Part shown: one piece after another, positions 29,100 to 32,000 of the stretch
Numbering within the stretch: the first letter of the stretch is position 1
Layout of the letters: each line of letters opens with the position of its first letter
Program-made: the position numbers and the translations under genes
Assembly: GCF_000981785.2 (NCBI RefSeq)
Contig: NZ_CP011304.1
Span: forward strand, 750,001-782,000
Reading direction: 5' to 3'
Origin: Microcystis aeruginosa NIES-2549
GTDB taxonomy: Bacteria > Cyanobacteriota > Cyanobacteriia > Cyanobacteriales > Microcystaceae
DNA length: 32,000 nucleotides
Notes under the pieces: model-generated
What the model was told of the DNA's origin: nothing
The model's database searches: none
What the model saw: the letters and a program-made list of their open reading frames with translations, nothing else

Positions 29100-31553
29100 A
29101 TGAGTGATTTTGAGGAACTAGAGCCTAAAAAACGGGAATTAGAGGCTGTTATCCAGTCTTGGCAGCAGGAAAGGGAGACTTTTAAGCAAATTCAGCAGGA
29201 ATGGCAGGAACATAAGGAACGTTGGCAATTAATCCTGCAAGGGGGTAACGACGGCATTTGGGATTGGAATGTCAGAACGCAAACTCTCTTTGTCTCGCCG
29301 CGCTGGAAGGAGATGTTAGGCTATAGTGACGGGGAAATTGCCAATCATTTCGATACATGGAAAAATTTACTACATCCTGAGGATCTCGATCGCGTGCTTA
29401 ACTGTTTGCAAGCATATATTCACCGGGAAATTCCCGAATATCGAGCCGAATTTCGTCTCCTCTGCAAGGATGGCAGTTATAAATGGATTTTAGCCCGGGG
29501 AGAGGCTCTCTGGGATGAGTCGGGGCAGCCCCTACGCATGGCAGGTTCCCACACGGATATTAATGAGCGCAAAAAACGGGAAAAAGCCCTAGAAATACAG
29601 TCCTATCGCGATAATTTGCTTTCGCGGGTGACAAGATTACTAATTGCTCAAGATATCCACTCGGCGATCGATCATACCCTAGAACTGCTCTGTCAATTTA
29701 CCCAGAGCGCTCACTGTTACATTATTCAATATTCCACCTGTCGTCAGCAGTGGAGTATGGTTTATGAATACTGTCACCCCGACTATCCGCAAGTTATCCC
29801 GATTCGGGAACAATCACAAAATCTCTCGACGGAAACCTTTCCTTGGTTTTCCGAACAATTATTAAACGGTATTCCAGTTAAACTGAACTCTTTAGACGAT
29901 TTACCTCCTACTGCTATCCCTGAAAGAACTATTCTCGCTCATAGTTCTACTCCCTGTCTCTTAATCGTTCCTATGTGGGATAGTTCCGGGGTAACGGTGG
30001 GTTATCTGGGATTGGATGCTAGTGCAGAAAAGCAGTGGACGAAAGAAGATGTCACCTTTGTGCGGTTGGTGGGAGAATTAATTGCGATCGCACAAAGTAG
30101 ATATGAAGCGGAAAAAGAATTAAAAGAGGCTAAGGAAACGGCAATTAAAGCAAATAAAGCTAAAAGTGAGTTTCTAGCTAACATGAGCCACGAATTACGC
30201 ACTCCTCTTAATGCTATCTTGGGTTTTACTCGCTTAATATCCCGGGATAGCAGCATCAGCAGTGAATATCGCCAATATTTGGAAATTGTCAATCGTAGCG
30301 GGGAACATTTACTAGAGTTAATCAACGATATTCTAGAAATGTCGAAGATAGAAGCGGGAAGAACGGTTTTTAATCCTAGTAATTTCGATTTATACGCTCT
30401 TTTAGATAATATTGCCGAAATGCTCCGTCCCCAAGCGCAAGCAAAAGCTTTAAGCTTAATTTTTGATCGCAGCTCCGATCTGCCTCAATATATATGTACT
30501 GATGAAAGCAAATTGCGACAGGTGTTAATCAATCTCTTGGGTAACGGATTGAAGTTTACCGAGTCGGGAGGGGTGACTCTCCGGGGAAAAGTAGGGGAGA
30601 AAAGAGGAGATTATCAGCGATTGCTCTGGGAAATTGAAGATACAGGCGCAGGAATCGCCCCAGAGGAGATTTATAAGCTATTTCAACCCTTTAACCAAAC
30701 GGAAACGGGACGAAAATCCCAACAGGGGACAGGATTGGGTTTACCTATCAGTAAAAAATTTGTTGAGTTGATGGGGGGTGCGATCGGAGTTAGTAGTATT
30801 CTGGGTCAAGGAAGTGTTTTTAGTTTTGATATTCAGGTGGGTTTGGTGGGGGAAAATGAGATTAAAACCGAAACCAATAGGGCAAAAGTTATCGCTTTAG
30901 CCGAAAATCAGCCTAAATATCGCATATTAGTCGTCGATGATCGACCGGAAAGCCGTTTACTGTTACTGAAACTCCTGACTAGCCTAGGATTATCCGTGCA
31001 AGAGGCTGCTAATGGTCAAGAAGCGATCGCAATTTGGCAAGCATGGCAACCTCATCTTATCTGGATGGACATGAGAATGCCAGTGAAAGACGGTTACGAA
31101 GCAACCAGGGAAATTCGGCAGTTAGAGGCTGATAATCGCGGAAAAACGGTGATAATTGCCCTAACTGCCAGCGCTTTTGAAGAGGATCGCGCCTTGGTTA
31201 TTGCCGCCGGTTGTGATGATTTCGTGCGTAAACCTTTCCGAGAGGAATTTATCTGGCAAAAAATGAGCGAATATCTGGGATTAAAATATATTTATGCCGA
31301 TAATGAGCCAAATCAATCCAATTATTCGCCAGTTTTCCTCGATTCCCTGCAATCCCTATTAAAATTAATCAGTCCCGACTGGATTAGACAATTGCAACAA
31401 GCGGCGCGAGAATGTGATGATGAAAAAATTATCGCCCTAACCGCCGAAATTCCCCCCGATTATGCTACCCTTGCCCAAGGTTTACAACAGTTAGCCAGAG
31501 AATTTTCCTTTGATGCGATCGAAACCATAATTAGAGATTTAAACATATCTTAA
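29100..31553 (+). CDS. hybrid sensor histidine kinase / response regulator (coiled coil - PAS - GAF - HisKA - HATPase_c - REC - C-terminal helical extension)
   Basis: H-box FLANMSHELRTPLNAILGF, N-box LINLLGNGLKFT, G-boxes DTGAGI and GTGLGL. REC domain with ILVVDD and the phospho-acceptor context LIWMDMRMP. Confidence 0.9.
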   Translation: MSDFEELEPKKRELEAVIQSWQQERETFKQIQQEWQEHKERWQLILQGGNDGIWDWNVRTQTLFVSPRWKEMLGYSDGEIANHFDTWKNLLHPEDLDRVLNCLQAYIHREIPEYRAEFRLLCKDGSYKWILARGEALWDESGQPLRMAGSHTDINERKKREKALEIQSYRDNLLSRVTRLLIAQDIHSAIDHTLELLCQFTQSAHCYIIQYSTCRQQWSMVYEYCHPDYPQVIPIREQSQNLSTETFPWFSEQLLNGIPVKLNSLDDLPPTAIPERTILAHSSTPCLLIVPMWDSSGVTVGYLGLDASAEKQWTKEDVTFVRLVGELIAIAQSRYEAEKELKEAKETAIKANKAKSEFLANMSHELRTPLNAILGFTRLISRDSSISSEYRQYLEIVNRSGEHLLELINDILEMSKIEAGRTVFNPSNFDLYALLDNIAEMLRPQAQAKALSLIFDRSSDLPQYICTDESKLRQVLINLLGNGLKFTESGGVTLRGKVGEKRGDYQRLLWEIEDTGAGIAPEEIYKLFQPFNQTETGRKSQQGTGLGLPISKKFVELMGGAIGVSSILGQGSVFSFDIQVGLVGENEIKTETNRAKVIALAENQPKYRILVVDDRPESRLLLLKLLTSLGLSVQEAANGQEAIAIWQAWQPHLIWMDMRMPVKDGYEATREIRQLEADNRGKTVIIALTASAFEEDRALVIAAGCDDFVRKPFREEFIWQKMSEYLGLKYIYADNEPNQSNYSPVFLDSLQSLLKLISPDWIRQLQQAARECDDEKIIALTAEIPPDYATLAQGLQQLAREFSFDAIETIIRDLNIS

Positions 31554-31627
31554 GAGAGTATTTTATCTAGATCTCAAAAACGTGATATTCTAAAGGCATA
31601 AATCCCTAAATATCACAATTTTAAAGG

Positions 31628-32000
31628 ATGAAACTGTTAAAAATGCTCATCGGTACTTGGTTAATACTACCGATTTTTTCTGTTCATGCTCAAGTTCCCT
31701 CGCTGCCCCCAATTAAGCAAAATTCCCCCAATCTTGGTGATCTACCGAATAATCCCACCCAGCAGAAAAATTGGCTTTGTAACCAAGGAGATCAACGCAT
31801 TGCCGTGGCTGCCAAAGAAGTGCAAGGTTGGAAAGAATTAATTGAAAAACAAGGTTGGCAATGTCGTGAAGGAAATGCCGATATACCCGCTCAAACTCTC
31901 GGCTTTTCCTGCGAACCAGAACAAACCCTCGGCATCTTGACAGTTTACTGGTTAAATGGTAGTAATGGTCAACAACAATTAAGCCAATGGCGAGATAAAT
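31628..32000 (+). CDS. secreted hypothetical protein, 5' part (runs off the window end)
   Basis: Not in the track because it is open-ended. AAAGGA lies just upstream of the ATG at 31628. Signal-peptide-like MKLLKMLIGTWLILPIFSVHAQ, and the frame is open to the window end. Confidence 0.5.
   Translation, partial: MKLLKMLIGTWLILPIFSVHAQVPSLPPIKQNSPNLGDLPNNPTQQKNWLCNQGDQRIAVAAKEVQGWKELIEKQGWQCREGNADIPAQTLGFSCEPEQTLGILTVYWLNGSNGQQQLSQWRDK

Overview
The window is cyanobacterial. It carries HIP1 GCGATCGC sites, Uma2 and DUF29 genes, and heptanucleotide STRR-like arrays, and its gene content looks Microcystis-like (inference only; no database search was possible). Housekeeping-type genes are a carotenoid oxygenase fragment, a class V aminotransferase, a TM0106 RecB-like nuclease, mtnB, tRNA-Cys, an RND permease, a photolyase, a Psb32-like TPM protein and a hybrid PAS-GAF histidine kinase. 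Repeat-rich accessory DNA lies between them. (1) Three near-identical Uma2 nuclease genes sit in tandem and differ mainly by indels in their C-terminal tails. (2) An 8.1-kb gene encodes a 2709-aa RTX/Calx-beta protein built from near-perfect 654-bp and 345-bp tandem units, with an unassigned 640-aa N-terminal domain. (3) A 4.2-kb block flanked by direct repeats (132 nt identical) holds three Rpn/YhgA-like PD-(D/E)XK plus DUF4351 paralogs. One paralog is 5'-truncated and split by an ISL3-family IS; the IS inverted repeats and its 8-bp target duplication are read directly from the sequence. (4) Two copies of a ~280-300-bp MITE bracket the photolyase gene, and one copy carries a nested mini-MITE. 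(5) (CAGTTAT)n and related heptamer arrays sit exactly at gene boundaries. No CRISPR array or rRNA gene was seen. I found no clear-cut new multi-gene system. The best candidates for follow-up are the Rpn-like cluster, the giant protein's N-terminal domain, and the 550-bp gene-free tract after the RecB-like nuclease.
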